DNA of 64,000 bases from Pirellulales bacterium (GTDB lineage Bacteria; Planctomycetota; Planctomycetia; Pirellulales; PALSA-1355), in the NCBI GenBank assembly GCA_035496575.1, contig DATJEN010000195.1:511-64510 (forward strand), given 5' to 3'. Below are positions 13,225 to 23,082 of the stretch, piece after piece. Each line of letters opens with the position of its first letter. Position 1 is the stretch's first letter. Position numbers and translations under genes: made by a program. The notes below the pieces were generated by a model. The model made no database searches, was not told the origin of the DNA, and saw only the letters and a list, made by a program, of their open reading frames with translations.

Positions 13225-14976
13225 ATGCGCAAAGGGATCGGTGTTTCTCCGGGGGTTGCTGTTGGAACAGCCTATTGCATTCACGAGATTTACGTCAATC
13301 CAGGTACCCGACAGCTCGAAAAAGGCGAAGCTCGAGCTGAGCTCGAGCGCTACGACCTGGCACGCGAGAAGACCGCCGCCGATTTGCGAGCGCTGTACCA
13401 CAAGGTCGCCACCCAGGTGGGTCCTGATGAGGCGGCCATCTTTCGCACACACGAGTCGATCCTGCGCGACCCGGCGTTCACGGCCAAGATTCGCGACTGG
13501 ATCGTCGAGGAGCGGCAGAGCGCGCCCAGTGCCCTGCACCGTTTACTGGGCGAATACACCGAGCTTTTCACGAGCACGCGCGACGATTACATCAAAGAAC
13601 GCCTAGCCGACGTCCGCGACGTCGTGATCCGGCTGAGCGGTCATTTGAGCGACGTCTTGCAGCCTCAGATCGAGGCACTGGCTGACCCCCTGATCCTGGT
13701 GGCCAACGAGCTGTTGCCGTCGCAGGTGGTGACCCTCGGCCAGCGCGAAGTCGCGGGGATCGTTACCGAAACGGGCGGTCAGACCAGCCACGCGGCCATT
13801 TTGGCCCGCAGTCGCGGGGTGCCAGCCGTATCGGGCATCAAGGGACTGCAGCGCACGGTGAAAACGGGCGACACGATCGTCGTCGACGGGCGCGAAGGCC
13901 ACGTCATCGTCAATCCGAACTCCGAAACGCTGAGCGCCTATCTCAAGCTGCAACGAGAGTTTTTCGACCTGAAAGACACGCTGGCCGAAAACCGCGACCA
14001 GCCAGCCGTCTCGGCCGACGGGCACAAGGTGCAGTTGCTGGCCAATATCAATAGTCTGGCCGATGCGCAGGCCGCCGTCGCGATGGGCGCCTCGGGCGTG
14101 GGGCTGTTTCGCACGGAATACATTTTCTTGACGCACCCCGACGTCCCGGACGAGGAACAGCAGCTCGCGGCCTATCGCGAGATCATCGACGCCAGTCCCA
14201 ACCGCCAGGTGACGATCCGCACGCTCGATCTCGGCGGCGACAAGACCATTCCGTACCTGGGGCACGCGCGCGAGGCCAACCCATTTTTGGGCTGGCGATC
14301 CATCCGCCTGTCGTTCGAGCATCCGGAATTCTTCTCGACGCAGATTCGTGCCATTTTGCGCGCCGCCACCGATAGCGAGAAGCGTGTGCGGATACTGTTT
14401 CCCATGATCACGACGCTCGAGGAGATCCGCCGCGTGCGCACCATGGTGCGCAAAGCGCGCGAGCAACTCGACGCCGAAGGCAAGCCTTACGGCGCGGTTC
14501 GGATCGGCTTCATGCTCGAGGTACCTGCCGCCGCGGTTTCGATCGACGCGCTGCTTGAAGAAGTGGATTTCGTCTCGATCGGCTCGAATGATCTCGTTCA
14601 GTACTTGATGGCGGCAGACCGCGATAATCCAAAAGTCAGCCATCTTTGCCAGCCCTTGAGTCCGCCGGTGCTGAGAGTGTTGAACAACATCATTGCGTCC
14701 TGCAACGCGGCCGACACGCCGGTCACGTTATGCGGAGAAATGGCCGGCGCTCCACGCGCGTTCGTGCTGCTATTCGGAATGGGATTGCGCAGCTTCAGCA
14801 TGAGCCCGGCCTTTATCCCCATGATCAAGGATCTGGCCGGGCACCTGACCAAGAAGCGGGCGGAGAAAGTGTTGCGGCGGGCGCTCGAGATCAAAACCAC
14901 GGCCGCCGTGCACCGCTTCATGGCTGCGCAAATCGCGGAGATCGCGCCGAACCTGAAGCTGCTTGACTCCGCCTGA
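13225..14976 (+). CDS. ptsI: phosphoenolpyruvate-protein phosphotransferase (PTS enzyme I)
   Basis: Trimmed to the ATG at 13225 (MRKGIGVSPGVAVG). It contains the GGQTSHAAILARS phospho-His motif, GLFRTEY, and the GSNDL...PAVL...GGxxxCGE C-terminal PEP-utilizer motifs. Confidence 0.92.
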   Translation: MRKGIGVSPGVAVGTAYCIHEIYVNPGTRQLEKGEARAELERYDLAREKTAADLRALYHKVATQVGPDEAAIFRTHESILRDPAFTAKIRDWIVEERQSAPSALHRLLGEYTELFTSTRDDYIKERLADVRDVVIRLSGHLSDVLQPQIEALADPLILVANELLPSQVVTLGQREVAGIVTETGGQTSHAAILARSRGVPAVSGIKGLQRTVKTGDTIVVDGREGHVIVNPNSETLSAYLKLQREFFDLKDTLAENRDQPAVSADGHKVQLLANINSLADAQAAVAMGASGVGLFRTEYIFLTHPDVPDEEQQLAAYREIIDASPNRQVTIRTLDLGGDKTIPYLGHAREANPFLGWRSIRLSFEHPEFFSTQIRAILRAATDSEKRVRILFPMITTLEEIRRVRTMVRKAREQLDAEGKPYGAVRIGFMLEVPAAAVSIDALLEEVDFVSIGSNDLVQYLMAADRDNPKVSHLCQPLSPPVLRVLNNIIASCNAADTPVTLCGEMAGAPRAFVLLFGMGLRSFSMSPAFIPMIKDLAGHLTKKRAEKVLRRALEIKTTAAVHRFMAAQIAEIAPNLKLLDSA

Positions 14977-15047
14977 TCGGCGGGAGCCGTTCGGCCGCGC
15001 ATCCGCGCCGCTAGCAGGTCCATTACGTCAATCGATCGACCGGATTC

Positions 15048-16838
15048 ATGCACGAGATCGATCTCATCCTGACGCTCACCGCCGGGCTCGCCGTCGCGCT
15101 CGTGTTCGGGTACGTCACGCACCGCATCGGCCTGTCACCGATTGTGGGTTACCTGCTGGCCGGAGTCGCCGTTGGTCCGCACACGCCCGGTTTCGTGGCC
15201 GACCAGCCTTTGGCCGAACAATTGGCCGAGATCGGCGTCGTGCTCCTGATGTTCGGAGTGGGCTTGCAGTTTCACTGGAAAGAGCTGCTGGCCGTGCGCC
15301 GCGTGGCGGTGCCTGGAGCGCTGGTGCAAAGCGCGGTGGCGACCATTTTGGGCGCCCTGGTCGCACATGCTTTCGGTTGGGGTTGGACGGCCGGCATCGT
15401 CTTCGGCATGGCCATCTCGGTGGCGAGCACCGTCGTGCTATTGCGCGTGTTGTCCGACAACCACGATCTTCACACGCGGACAGGCCACATCGCGGTGGGC
15501 TGGCTCGTGGTCGAAGACCTGTTCACCGTGGTGATGCTGGTCATGCTGCCCGCCATGTTTGTAGATCGTGCCGAGCCAGCGCACATCGCCTTGGCGGTTG
15601 GACTGGCGCTGGTCAAAGTCGCAGCGCTGGTTGTCGTGACGGTCGTCATCGGCGGGCGAGTGATCCCGTGGCTATTGACGCGGGCCGCGCTCAGCCATTC
15701 GCGCGAGCTTTTCACGCTCACCGTGCTCGTGGTCGCGCTGGGAGTCGCGGTCAGCGCCGCCAAGGTGTTCGGAGTATCCATGGCGCTGGGCGCGTTTTTG
15801 GGTGGCATGATTGTGGGGCGCTCCGAGTTTAGCTTCCGAGCGGCTTCCGAGGCGCTCCCCATGCGCGACGCGTTTGCGGTTCTGTTCTTTGTGTCCATCG
15901 GGCTGCTTTTCGATCCTGCGGCCCTGCTGGATGCGCCCGGAATCTTGTGTGCAACGCTCGGCATCATTCTGTTGGGCAAGCCGGCTGCTGCGCTGGCCCT
16001 GACGTTGATCTGCGGCTATTCGCTTGAGGTAGCCACCGGCGTCGCGGTGGCGCTCGCGCAGATCGGCGAATTCTCGTTCTTGCTGGTATTCGTCGCGCGC
16101 GACTTGGGCGTGCTGGATGCAATTGCGACCAACACTATTATCGCGGCCGCGATTATTTCGATCTCACTCAACCCCCTGCTCTATCGAGCCATTGGGCCGA
16201 GCCTTCGCTGGCTGGAACACAGCAAGGCCCTGCGGCGCTGGCGAGCCGCTCGGCCGATCCGTGCCCTGGCACTGTCCGATACAGATGATGCGGATTCCGC
16301 CGACGCGCGGCATCGGGCGGTGCTCGTGGGTTATGGTCCGGTCGGACGAACGGTGGCCCGGCTTCTAAAAGAAAATGATGTCCGCACAACGGTGATCGAT
16401 CTGAACTTACCGACCGTGCAGGCGCTTAAGCGCGAAGGCGTCGACGCCATCTATGGCGACGCGGGCAACCGCGAAGTATTGCAAGCAGCCGCGATCGATC
16501 GCGCTGGCAGCTTTGTCTTGAGCGCGTCGAACCTCCCTGGCGCCAATGAAGTCATTCGTCTCGCCAAACAATTGAATCCCAAGATCCGGGTGTTGGCGCG
16601 GGCCGTGTACGTCAACGAAATCGCCGCGCTCAAGTCGGCGGGTGCGGATGTCGTATTCTCCGGCGAGGGCGAGGTCGCGCTTGCCTTCACGGTGGCCGTG
16701 CTGGACGACTTGGGCGCAACCCGCGATCAGATCGATCGGGAGCGCGAACGCGTCCGCCGCGAACTTTTTGGCCGCCGGACGACGCCCCCTCCGTCCGAAT
16801 CCGCGGCACCCGAACAGACCCGCCCTGAGGCAAGTTGA
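15048..16838 (+). CDS. CPA2-family monovalent cation:proton antiporter with C-terminal RCK/TrkA-N domain (KefB/YbaL-like)
   Basis: About 12 hydrophobic helices are followed by VLVGYGPVGRTVARLL (a Rossmann GxGxxG, TrkA-N). The architecture is typical of Kef-type exchangers. Confidence 0.85.
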   Translation: MHEIDLILTLTAGLAVALVFGYVTHRIGLSPIVGYLLAGVAVGPHTPGFVADQPLAEQLAEIGVVLLMFGVGLQFHWKELLAVRRVAVPGALVQSAVATILGALVAHAFGWGWTAGIVFGMAISVASTVVLLRVLSDNHDLHTRTGHIAVGWLVVEDLFTVVMLVMLPAMFVDRAEPAHIALAVGLALVKVAALVVVTVVIGGRVIPWLLTRAALSHSRELFTLTVLVVALGVAVSAAKVFGVSMALGAFLGGMIVGRSEFSFRAASEALPMRDAFAVLFFVSIGLLFDPAALLDAPGILCATLGIILLGKPAAALALTLICGYSLEVATGVAVALAQIGEFSFLLVFVARDLGVLDAIATNTIIAAAIISISLNPLLYRAIGPSLRWLEHSKALRRWRAARPIRALALSDTDDADSADARHRAVLVGYGPVGRTVARLLKENDVRTTVIDLNLPTVQALKREGVDAIYGDAGNREVLQAAAIDRAGSFVLSASNLPGANEVIRLAKQLNPKIRVLARAVYVNEIAALKSAGADVVFSGEGEVALAFTVAVLDDLGATRDQIDRERERVRRELFGRRTTPPPSESAAPEQTRPEAS

Positions 16839-17090
16839 TGCCGAAGTTGTGCAAGTTATCGCGGCGGCGGATCAGGTTGCGGCCCGGTCTCGTAAGCTAC
16901 TGTTTTCGAGTGACCAGGGAGTGCCTTTCACGATCTCGTGATTGACCCGGAAAAGATGGCCATTTGAATTCCCAGCCCGAGCACGGCGCGTATAATCGGG
17001 CATCCCACCTGGACCGATTTCGCGCGTGGCCGGTAGCTCCGCCGGCCCGTCAAGAAAATTTTCCTGTCCTCAGCCAAGGAACGCACAGTT

Positions 17091-19841
17091 ATGGATCGCA
17101 TTTTTAGTCTTTTAAGTCTCGGATTATTCGTGGCGGTGCTGGCCTTCGATCCGCTGGCCAACCACGTGTCGGCCGCGGCGAAGAAGGTGCAGTCGCTCGA
17201 AGGCATCACCGAGTACGTTTTGGACAATGGCTTGCGCGTGCTGTTGTACCCCGATCCTTCGAAGCCGACCGTGACCGTGAACCTGACCGTGCTGGTGGGC
17301 TCTCGGCACGAGGGGTATGGCGAGACTGGAATGGCCCACTTGCTCGAGCACATGGTGTTCAAGGGAACTCCGACGCACCAGAACATTCCTCGCGCGCTGC
17401 AAGAGCGCGGGGCTCGGTTCAACGGCAGCACCTGGGTCGACCGCACGAACTACTACGAGACGATGCCGGCCAGCGAAGAGAACTTGAACTTCGCACTTGC
17501 CTTGGAATCCGATCGCCTGGTCAACAGTTTTGTCAAGCAGGAGGATCTGCTGTCGGAAATGACCGTGGTTCGCAATGAATTCGAACGCGGAGAGAATTCT
17601 CCGTCCAACTTGCTGAACCAACGGATGATGTCGGCCGCATACGATTGGCACAACTATGGAAAATCGACCATCGGCAACCGCACCGACATCGAGCGCGTGC
17701 CGATCAAGAATCTGCAAGCTTTCTATAAGAAGTATTACCAGCCGGATAACTGCTTATTGGTGATCGCCGGCCGGTTTGATGAAGCAAAGGCCATCAAGGC
17801 CGTTGAACAGTATTTCGGAAGTTTGCCGAAGCCAACCCGCAAGCTGGACACGACCTACACCGAAGAGCCGGCTCAAGACGGCGAGCGGTCGGTCACCTTG
17901 CGGCGCGTCGGCGACGTCGGACTCGTGGCGGCCCTCTATCACATCCCCTCGGGCGGCCATCCAGAGCTAGCCGCGCTCGACGTGCTGGCGAACATTCTCA
18001 GTTCGCCCCCGAGCGGTCGCTTGTACAAGGCGCTGGTCGAGACGAAGAAAGCCAGTGATGTATCGGCCAACGCTTCCAATTGGCACGATCCGGGCGTGTT
18101 CGAAGTGGATGCCGAAGTGCGCAAGGGCGATTCCCTCGAGGCAGCCAAGGACATCATGCTCGAGGTGACCGAAAAAGCCGGCGACACACCGTTTAGTGAA
18201 GCCGACGTGGACCGCGCCAAGCAGCAATTGCTCAAGCAGCGCGAGCTGGCCGCCGCCGAAACCAGCCTGATCGCCGTGCAACTGAGCGATTGGGCTTCAC
18301 AAGGTGACTGGCGCTTGTACTTGTTGCACCGCGATCGGATCGAGCAAGTGACGCCGGCCCAGGTTCAAGAGGTCGCAAAGAAATACTTGCGCCGCGAGAA
18401 CCGCACGCTCGGCATGTTCATTCCGACCGACAAGTCGGAGAAGACTGAAATTCCAAGCAGCCCCGATCTCGCAAAACTATTCGAGGGCTACAAAGGTAGA
18501 GCCGAGATTGCGCTCGGCGAAGAGTTCGACGTGTCCCCCGCCAATATCGACGCCCGCAGCCAACGCATCACCTTGCCCGAGGGCATCAAGGGCGTGCTGC
18601 TGCCCAAGAAAACGCGCGGCGAGACGGTAACCCTGCGGCTGGTTTTGCGCTATGGCACGGCCGAGTCGCTCAAAGGATATGAAGCGGCCGCGGACCTGTT
18701 GCCCTCGCTCATGACCCGCGGCACCAAGAACTTGACCCGCCAGCAAATTCAGGATGAGCTCGACAAGTACCGCGCACGGTTGAGCGCGTCGGGAACCACC
18801 GGCACCGTCACGTTTACAATTCAAGCCAAGCGGGCGAATCTGCCTGCCGTGCTCGAATTGCTGCGTCAGATTCTGCGGGAACCCACGCTACCGGCGGACG
18901 AGTTCGATGTTTTGAAGCGGCAACAGCTTTCGCAGTTGGAAGAACAGTTGACCGATCCCGCCACGCTGGCCATCACGCGCGTGCGGCGCACCGTTTCGCC
19001 CTATCCGAAGGACGACGTGCGCTCCACGCCTACGGTGGAGGAGGATATTGAGCGCTACACGAAGGTTGACCTCGGACAACTCAAAAAGTTGTACGCCGAC
19101 TTCCTCGGTTCTCAGGCCGGCGAGTTGGCGATTGTCGGCGACTTCGAGCCCGAAGCCAATCTGAAGATCTTGCGCCAGGCCTTGGCCGGTTGGGCCGCGA
19201 AGCAATCGTATGCCCGGATTGAGAAGAAGACCTTTCCAGAGGTAAAGGGCGGTCTGCAAAGAATTCTCACTCCCGATAAGGCGAACGCCGTGTACGTCGC
19301 GGGTCTGGTATTTCCCATGAAGGACACCGACCCGGACTACCCCGCTATCGTGATCGGCAATTTCGTGTTGGGCGGGGGCACATTGTCGTCGCGTTTGGGC
19401 GACCGTGTTCGGCAGAAGGAAGGTTTGTCGTACGGGGTGGGCTCGTTCATCTCGTCGGATTCGTTCGACCCGCGGACCAGCTTGACGATCAACGCGATTT
19501 GCAATCCCAAGGTGATCGAGAAGGTCAACACGGCCATCTCCGAGGAGCTGAATCACTTGCTCAAGGATGGCGTCAAAGACGCCGAGCTGGACAAGGCCAA
19601 GCAGGGCTACTTGCAGGCGCAGCAGGTCGCGCGCACCAGTGATTCGAGCCTGGCCAGCACCTTGGCGGACAATGTATTCGTGGGTCGCACCATGGCCTAC
19701 TACGCCGAACTGGAAAAGAAGATCAAGGCGCTCAAGCCGACGGACGTGCAAACCGCGCTTAAAAAGCACGTGGATCCCAAACGGCTGTCGATCGTGGATG
19801 CGGGCGACTTTGCCGAAGGAGGCGGCGCGGCCGGTAATTGA
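17091..19841 (+). CDS. M16-family zinc metallopeptidase (pitrilysin/insulinase-like, tandem M16 halves)
   Basis: Signal peptide, an inverted zinc motif HLLEH (HxxEH) followed by MVFKGT and NGSTWVDRTNY. The 916-aa length is consistent with a fused active and inactive M16 pair. Confidence 0.88.
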   Translation: MDRIFSLLSLGLFVAVLAFDPLANHVSAAAKKVQSLEGITEYVLDNGLRVLLYPDPSKPTVTVNLTVLVGSRHEGYGETGMAHLLEHMVFKGTPTHQNIPRALQERGARFNGSTWVDRTNYYETMPASEENLNFALALESDRLVNSFVKQEDLLSEMTVVRNEFERGENSPSNLLNQRMMSAAYDWHNYGKSTIGNRTDIERVPIKNLQAFYKKYYQPDNCLLVIAGRFDEAKAIKAVEQYFGSLPKPTRKLDTTYTEEPAQDGERSVTLRRVGDVGLVAALYHIPSGGHPELAALDVLANILSSPPSGRLYKALVETKKASDVSANASNWHDPGVFEVDAEVRKGDSLEAAKDIMLEVTEKAGDTPFSEADVDRAKQQLLKQRELAAAETSLIAVQLSDWASQGDWRLYLLHRDRIEQVTPAQVQEVAKKYLRRENRTLGMFIPTDKSEKTEIPSSPDLAKLFEGYKGRAEIALGEEFDVSPANIDARSQRITLPEGIKGVLLPKKTRGETVTLRLVLRYGTAESLKGYEAAADLLPSLMTRGTKNLTRQQIQDELDKYRARLSASGTTGTVTFTIQAKRANLPAVLELLRQILREPTLPADEFDVLKRQQLSQLEEQLTDPATLAITRVRRTVSPYPKDDVRSTPTVEEDIERYTKVDLGQLKKLYADFLGSQAGELAIVGDFEPEANLKILRQALAGWAAKQSYARIEKKTFPEVKGGLQRILTPDKANAVYVAGLVFPMKDTDPDYPAIVIGNFVLGGGTLSSRLGDRVRQKEGLSYGVGSFISSDSFDPRTSLTINAICNPKVIEKVNTAISEELNHLLKDGVKDAELDKAKQGYLQAQQVARTSDSSLASTLADNVFVGRTMAYYAELEKKIKALKPTDVQTALKKHVDPKRLSIVDAGDFAEGGGAAGN

Positions 19842-19864
19842 TCGCCACCGCCGTCGATGGTTGC

Positions 19865-20338
19865 CTAGTGCGGCTCGCGCTGCTGCCGCAAGGCCTCGAA
19901 CGTGACGATGCCCACCGCGTTCGAAAGATTCAGGCTGCGCGCCTGTGAACGGATCGGTATGCGCAGCAGCCGCTCGGCATTGGCTTCCATCAGTGAGGGT
20001 GGCAGCCCTTGCGATTCGTTGCCGAAGACGAATACGTCCCCCGGCACGAATCGCGCATCGCAGTAGCTGCGCTGGGCGGACTTGCTAAAGAACCAGCGCC
20101 GCGTATCCGGCAGCCGAGCCTCGAGCGCGTTCCAGTCGTCGACGACTTCCCATTCCAAGTGTGGCCAATAATCCAAACCCGCCCGCCGCAGATAATAGTC
20201 GTCCAGCCGGAACCCGAGCGGCCTGACCAGCCACAGCTTCGCGCCAGCGGCCACGCAAGTGCGGCCCACGCTGCCCGTGTTGTGCGGGATCTCGGGCTGA
20301 TAGAGTACGACATGAAACAAAGGGTCGTAGTGCGGCAT
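19865..20338 (-). CDS. trmL: tRNA (cytidine/uridine-2'-O)-methyltransferase TrmL (SpoU/TrmH family)
   Basis: 157 aa. HVVLYQPEIPHNTGSVGRTC, VFVFGNESQGLP and SLNLSNAVGIV are the three SPOUT motifs. Confidence 0.88.
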   Translation of the reverse strand: MPHYDPLFHVVLYQPEIPHNTGSVGRTCVAAGAKLWLVRPLGFRLDDYYLRRAGLDYWPHLEWEVVDDWNALEARLPDTRRWFFSKSAQRSYCDARFVPGDVFVFGNESQGLPPSLMEANAERLLRIPIRSQARSLNLSNAVGIVTFEALRQQREPH

Positions 20339-20488
20339 AATTGGTCAAGTTCCGCGTGGCGAAGCTTCGCGCCCGCGCGCTGAACAGGGGCGTAGTCGGC
20401 CTCGCATCTTTTCGCCGCGCAGCCGCGTCGATACGATGGACGCGACCTGCCGACACGTTGTAATCGATTCACCGGGCTATCGCCACGC

Positions 20489-21607
20489 ATGACGGATCCG
20501 CATATCGAAACATACCAGAAGGCACTCGATTTTTCCCAGCGCCAGGTCGCGGCCACGATCGAGCGCACGCCAGACTACTTCCCCATCTACTCGGTAAACG
20601 GGCGCTGGCATCATCAAGGCGAACTGTGGACGGACTGGACGGGCGGATTCTTCGCCGGAATGATGTGGCAGTTTCATCGCCGCGGCGGAAACCCGGCATG
20701 GCGCGAGCGCGCCGAGCATTACAGCCGCTTGCTCGAACGGCGACAGTTCGACCGCGACGTGCACGATCTGGGCTTCATTTTTCTAAATACCTATCGCCCC
20801 TGGTACGAGCTGACGCACGAAGAGCACCTGCAGCAGGTGCTCATCCAGGCCGGCCGAACCCTGGCCCTGCGCTTTCAACCGCGCGGCCAGTATCTTTGCT
20901 CATTCGTGGCGCCGGACAGCCTGTTCATCGACATCATGATGAATGTGCCGATCATTTTTTACGCGGCACGCGCGACAAACGATCAAGCCTTGTATGACGT
21001 CGCCACGGCTCATTGCCGCACCACGCGCGATACGCTCGTTCGGCCGAATGGTTCGACGGCACACGAGGGTATCTTCGATCGTGAAACCGGCCAGTTCCTG
21101 CGGCAGTCCACGCACCAGGGGCTGCGGCCCGATAGCGCGTGGGCGCGCGGGCTCGCCTGGTCGATGTACGGCTTCAGCCAGGTTTACGAACTGACCGGCA
21201 ACGAGGAGTTCCTGGCGGTTGCCGAACGCAACGCGGACTTTTGGTTGACGCATCTGCCGGTCGATCATGTTCCGTATTGGGATTTTTGCGCCGATCTGAA
21301 TGCTCCCTTGCCCTGGGGGCCACAGAAGGATTCATCGGCTGCCGCCATCGCCGCCAGTGGTTTGTTGGACCTGGAACGACAGACCCGTTCGCTGGATCGC
21401 GCGATCGCCTACCGCCGCACGGCGACGGCCATGCTCGACGCGCTGTGCAAGCCGGAATATCTCGCCACCGAGACGCCCGGGGCCGAAGGTATTCTTAAAC
21501 ACGGTGTCTATCACACGGCCAAAAGTTTGGGTGTCGATGAATCGGTCATGTGGGGCGACTATTTTTTTGTCGAAGCGCTCACCAAGGTCGTGCATCCTCG
21601 CTCCTGA
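20489..21607 (+). CDS. glycoside hydrolase family 88 (unsaturated glucuronyl/chondroitin-disaccharide hydrolase-like)
   Basis: WTDWTGGFFAGMMWQ, HDLGF and RGLAWSMYGF, at 372 aa, fit GH88 alpha/alpha-barrel enzymes. Confidence 0.75.
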   Translation: MTDPHIETYQKALDFSQRQVAATIERTPDYFPIYSVNGRWHHQGELWTDWTGGFFAGMMWQFHRRGGNPAWRERAEHYSRLLERRQFDRDVHDLGFIFLNTYRPWYELTHEEHLQQVLIQAGRTLALRFQPRGQYLCSFVAPDSLFIDIMMNVPIIFYAARATNDQALYDVATAHCRTTRDTLVRPNGSTAHEGIFDRETGQFLRQSTHQGLRPDSAWARGLAWSMYGFSQVYELTGNEEFLAVAERNADFWLTHLPVDHVPYWDFCADLNAPLPWGPQKDSSAAAIAASGLLDLERQTRSLDRAIAYRRTATAMLDALCKPEYLATETPGAEGILKHGVYHTAKSLGVDESVMWGDYFFVEALTKVVHPRS

Positions 21608-21641
21608 TCGCCTGACCGAACCGCATTTCAGAGCCGCACGC

Positions 21642-22865
21642 ATGGAACCTGTCTCTCCCATCCGCCTTGCATTCTTGGGCGCGGATGGTTCGTTCCTGGA
21701 AATGTTCGAAGCCACGCGGGCGAACCCCCGATTCGAACTGGCCGGCATGTGCGAGGTGGATCCCGCCATGCTCGCGGCGCTCGACTCCGCGACCGGCGCC
21801 CGGCCCGTCGCGGATTGGGAAGCCCTTTTGGACTCGACCCATTTCGACGCCGTGTTTGTTGCCCGCTGCGAGGACGAGGACCGCCGCGCCGAGCAGTTGC
21901 GAAAGCTGATTCAGGCTGGCATTCCGCTCATGCTGTCGCACCCCGCGCTCGACTCGATGCTGCTGTACTACGAACTCGAGATGATCCGCAGCGAAGTTGG
22001 TGGAATCGTGGTTTGTTATCTGCCCGACCGGTTCCATCCGGCAGTGGCTCGCGTGGCCGAGATCGTTTCCGCCGGGGAAGCCTCTCCGATAGGCAAGGTA
22101 GACCAGGTGGTGATGGAACGCTCGATCCCGGTTCCCTCGAAAACGAACGTCATGCGCCAGTTCTCGCGCGACGTCGACACGTTGCGGATCATCGCCGGAG
22201 ACATGACGCGGTTGGGCGCTCTTGCCGGTACGACCGGGGATCAGGCTTACTCGAACTTGGGCGTGCAGATGTCGGGCACAAGCGGCATCGCGACTCGCTG
22301 GTCGGTGGTGCCCGGCTCCGTCGGAAGCGGTCGTTTGAGCGTGCACGGCCCTCGCGGCCGCGCGGTCGTGCATCTTGCGCCGGAAGAAGACTCGTGGACG
22401 TTCGAGCTGCAATCCTCCGACGGCCAGACCACCGAGAAGTTCGAGGACTGGAATCCGGACGACACCATGCTGGCATGTTTGGCTGCCGCGGTTGACGGAG
22501 AATCGGCCGAGCCCACGCTTCTGGATGGGGCCCGCAGTTTGGAGTTGGCGGAAACGATCGACCGCAGCTTGCACAAGGGCCGCACGATCGACCTCTATTA
22601 TGAGGAGTACAGCGAGGAGGGGACGTTCAAAGGAACCATGGCCTCCGTCGGTTGTGGCTTGCTGCTAATCGCTCTCTTCGTGTTGGGAGCGGTGGCGATC
22701 GTGGAGCAGATGGGAGTACAGCAGGTCAGGGTGTGGCCCTATGTGCTGCTAGGCACTTTGGGTTTGTTTCTGTTGATGCAGCTCTTGGTGCTTGTGTTCG
22801 GGCGGAATCGTGAAGCCGCGCCGAGGGCAACAGGCGATACGGACGGCCCTGCCGGCGGTCGCTAG
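21642..22865 (+). CDS. Gfo/Idh/MocA-like oxidoreductase-fold protein with two C-terminal transmembrane helices
   Basis: Track ORF 21300..22865 trimmed to the ATG at 21642, 35 nt after the GH88 stop. The N-terminus IRLAFLGADGSFLEMF...FDAVFVA resembles the Rossmann half of the family, but the glycine motif is degenerate. The C-terminus has the helices GCGLLLIALFVLGAVAIV and WPYVLLGTLGLFLLMQLLVLVF. Confidence 0.55.
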   Translation: MEPVSPIRLAFLGADGSFLEMFEATRANPRFELAGMCEVDPAMLAALDSATGARPVADWEALLDSTHFDAVFVARCEDEDRRAEQLRKLIQAGIPLMLSHPALDSMLLYYELEMIRSEVGGIVVCYLPDRFHPAVARVAEIVSAGEASPIGKVDQVVMERSIPVPSKTNVMRQFSRDVDTLRIIAGDMTRLGALAGTTGDQAYSNLGVQMSGTSGIATRWSVVPGSVGSGRLSVHGPRGRAVVHLAPEEDSWTFELQSSDGQTTEKFEDWNPDDTMLACLAAAVDGESAEPTLLDGARSLELAETIDRSLHKGRTIDLYYEEYSEEGTFKGTMASVGCGLLLIALFVLGAVAIVEQMGVQQVRVWPYVLLGTLGLFLLMQLLVLVFGRNREAAPRATGDTDGPAGGR

Positions 22866-23082
22866 CACCCGGGCGGACACGCTGGCGCGCCAGTCGCGCT
22901 TGTGAAGCTGGGATGCCTGTTCCGGCTACACGGGTCGTTCTTATGCCCCTTTGCGTTCTGGGCCGATCTAGCCTTCTGTACTGCTTACCACGTCGTGCCC
23001 GTGGCAATCCCTTGCCACCCAAGCCAGCTACCAGGTTCCGGAAAATCGCCGGTTCTGGTCCCGCCAACCCCGCTTTCACGCC

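Noticed and set aside
13603-14643. 346-aa ORF on the minus strand
   Set aside because: It is antisense to ptsI, whose motifs are unambiguous. This is a shadow frame.
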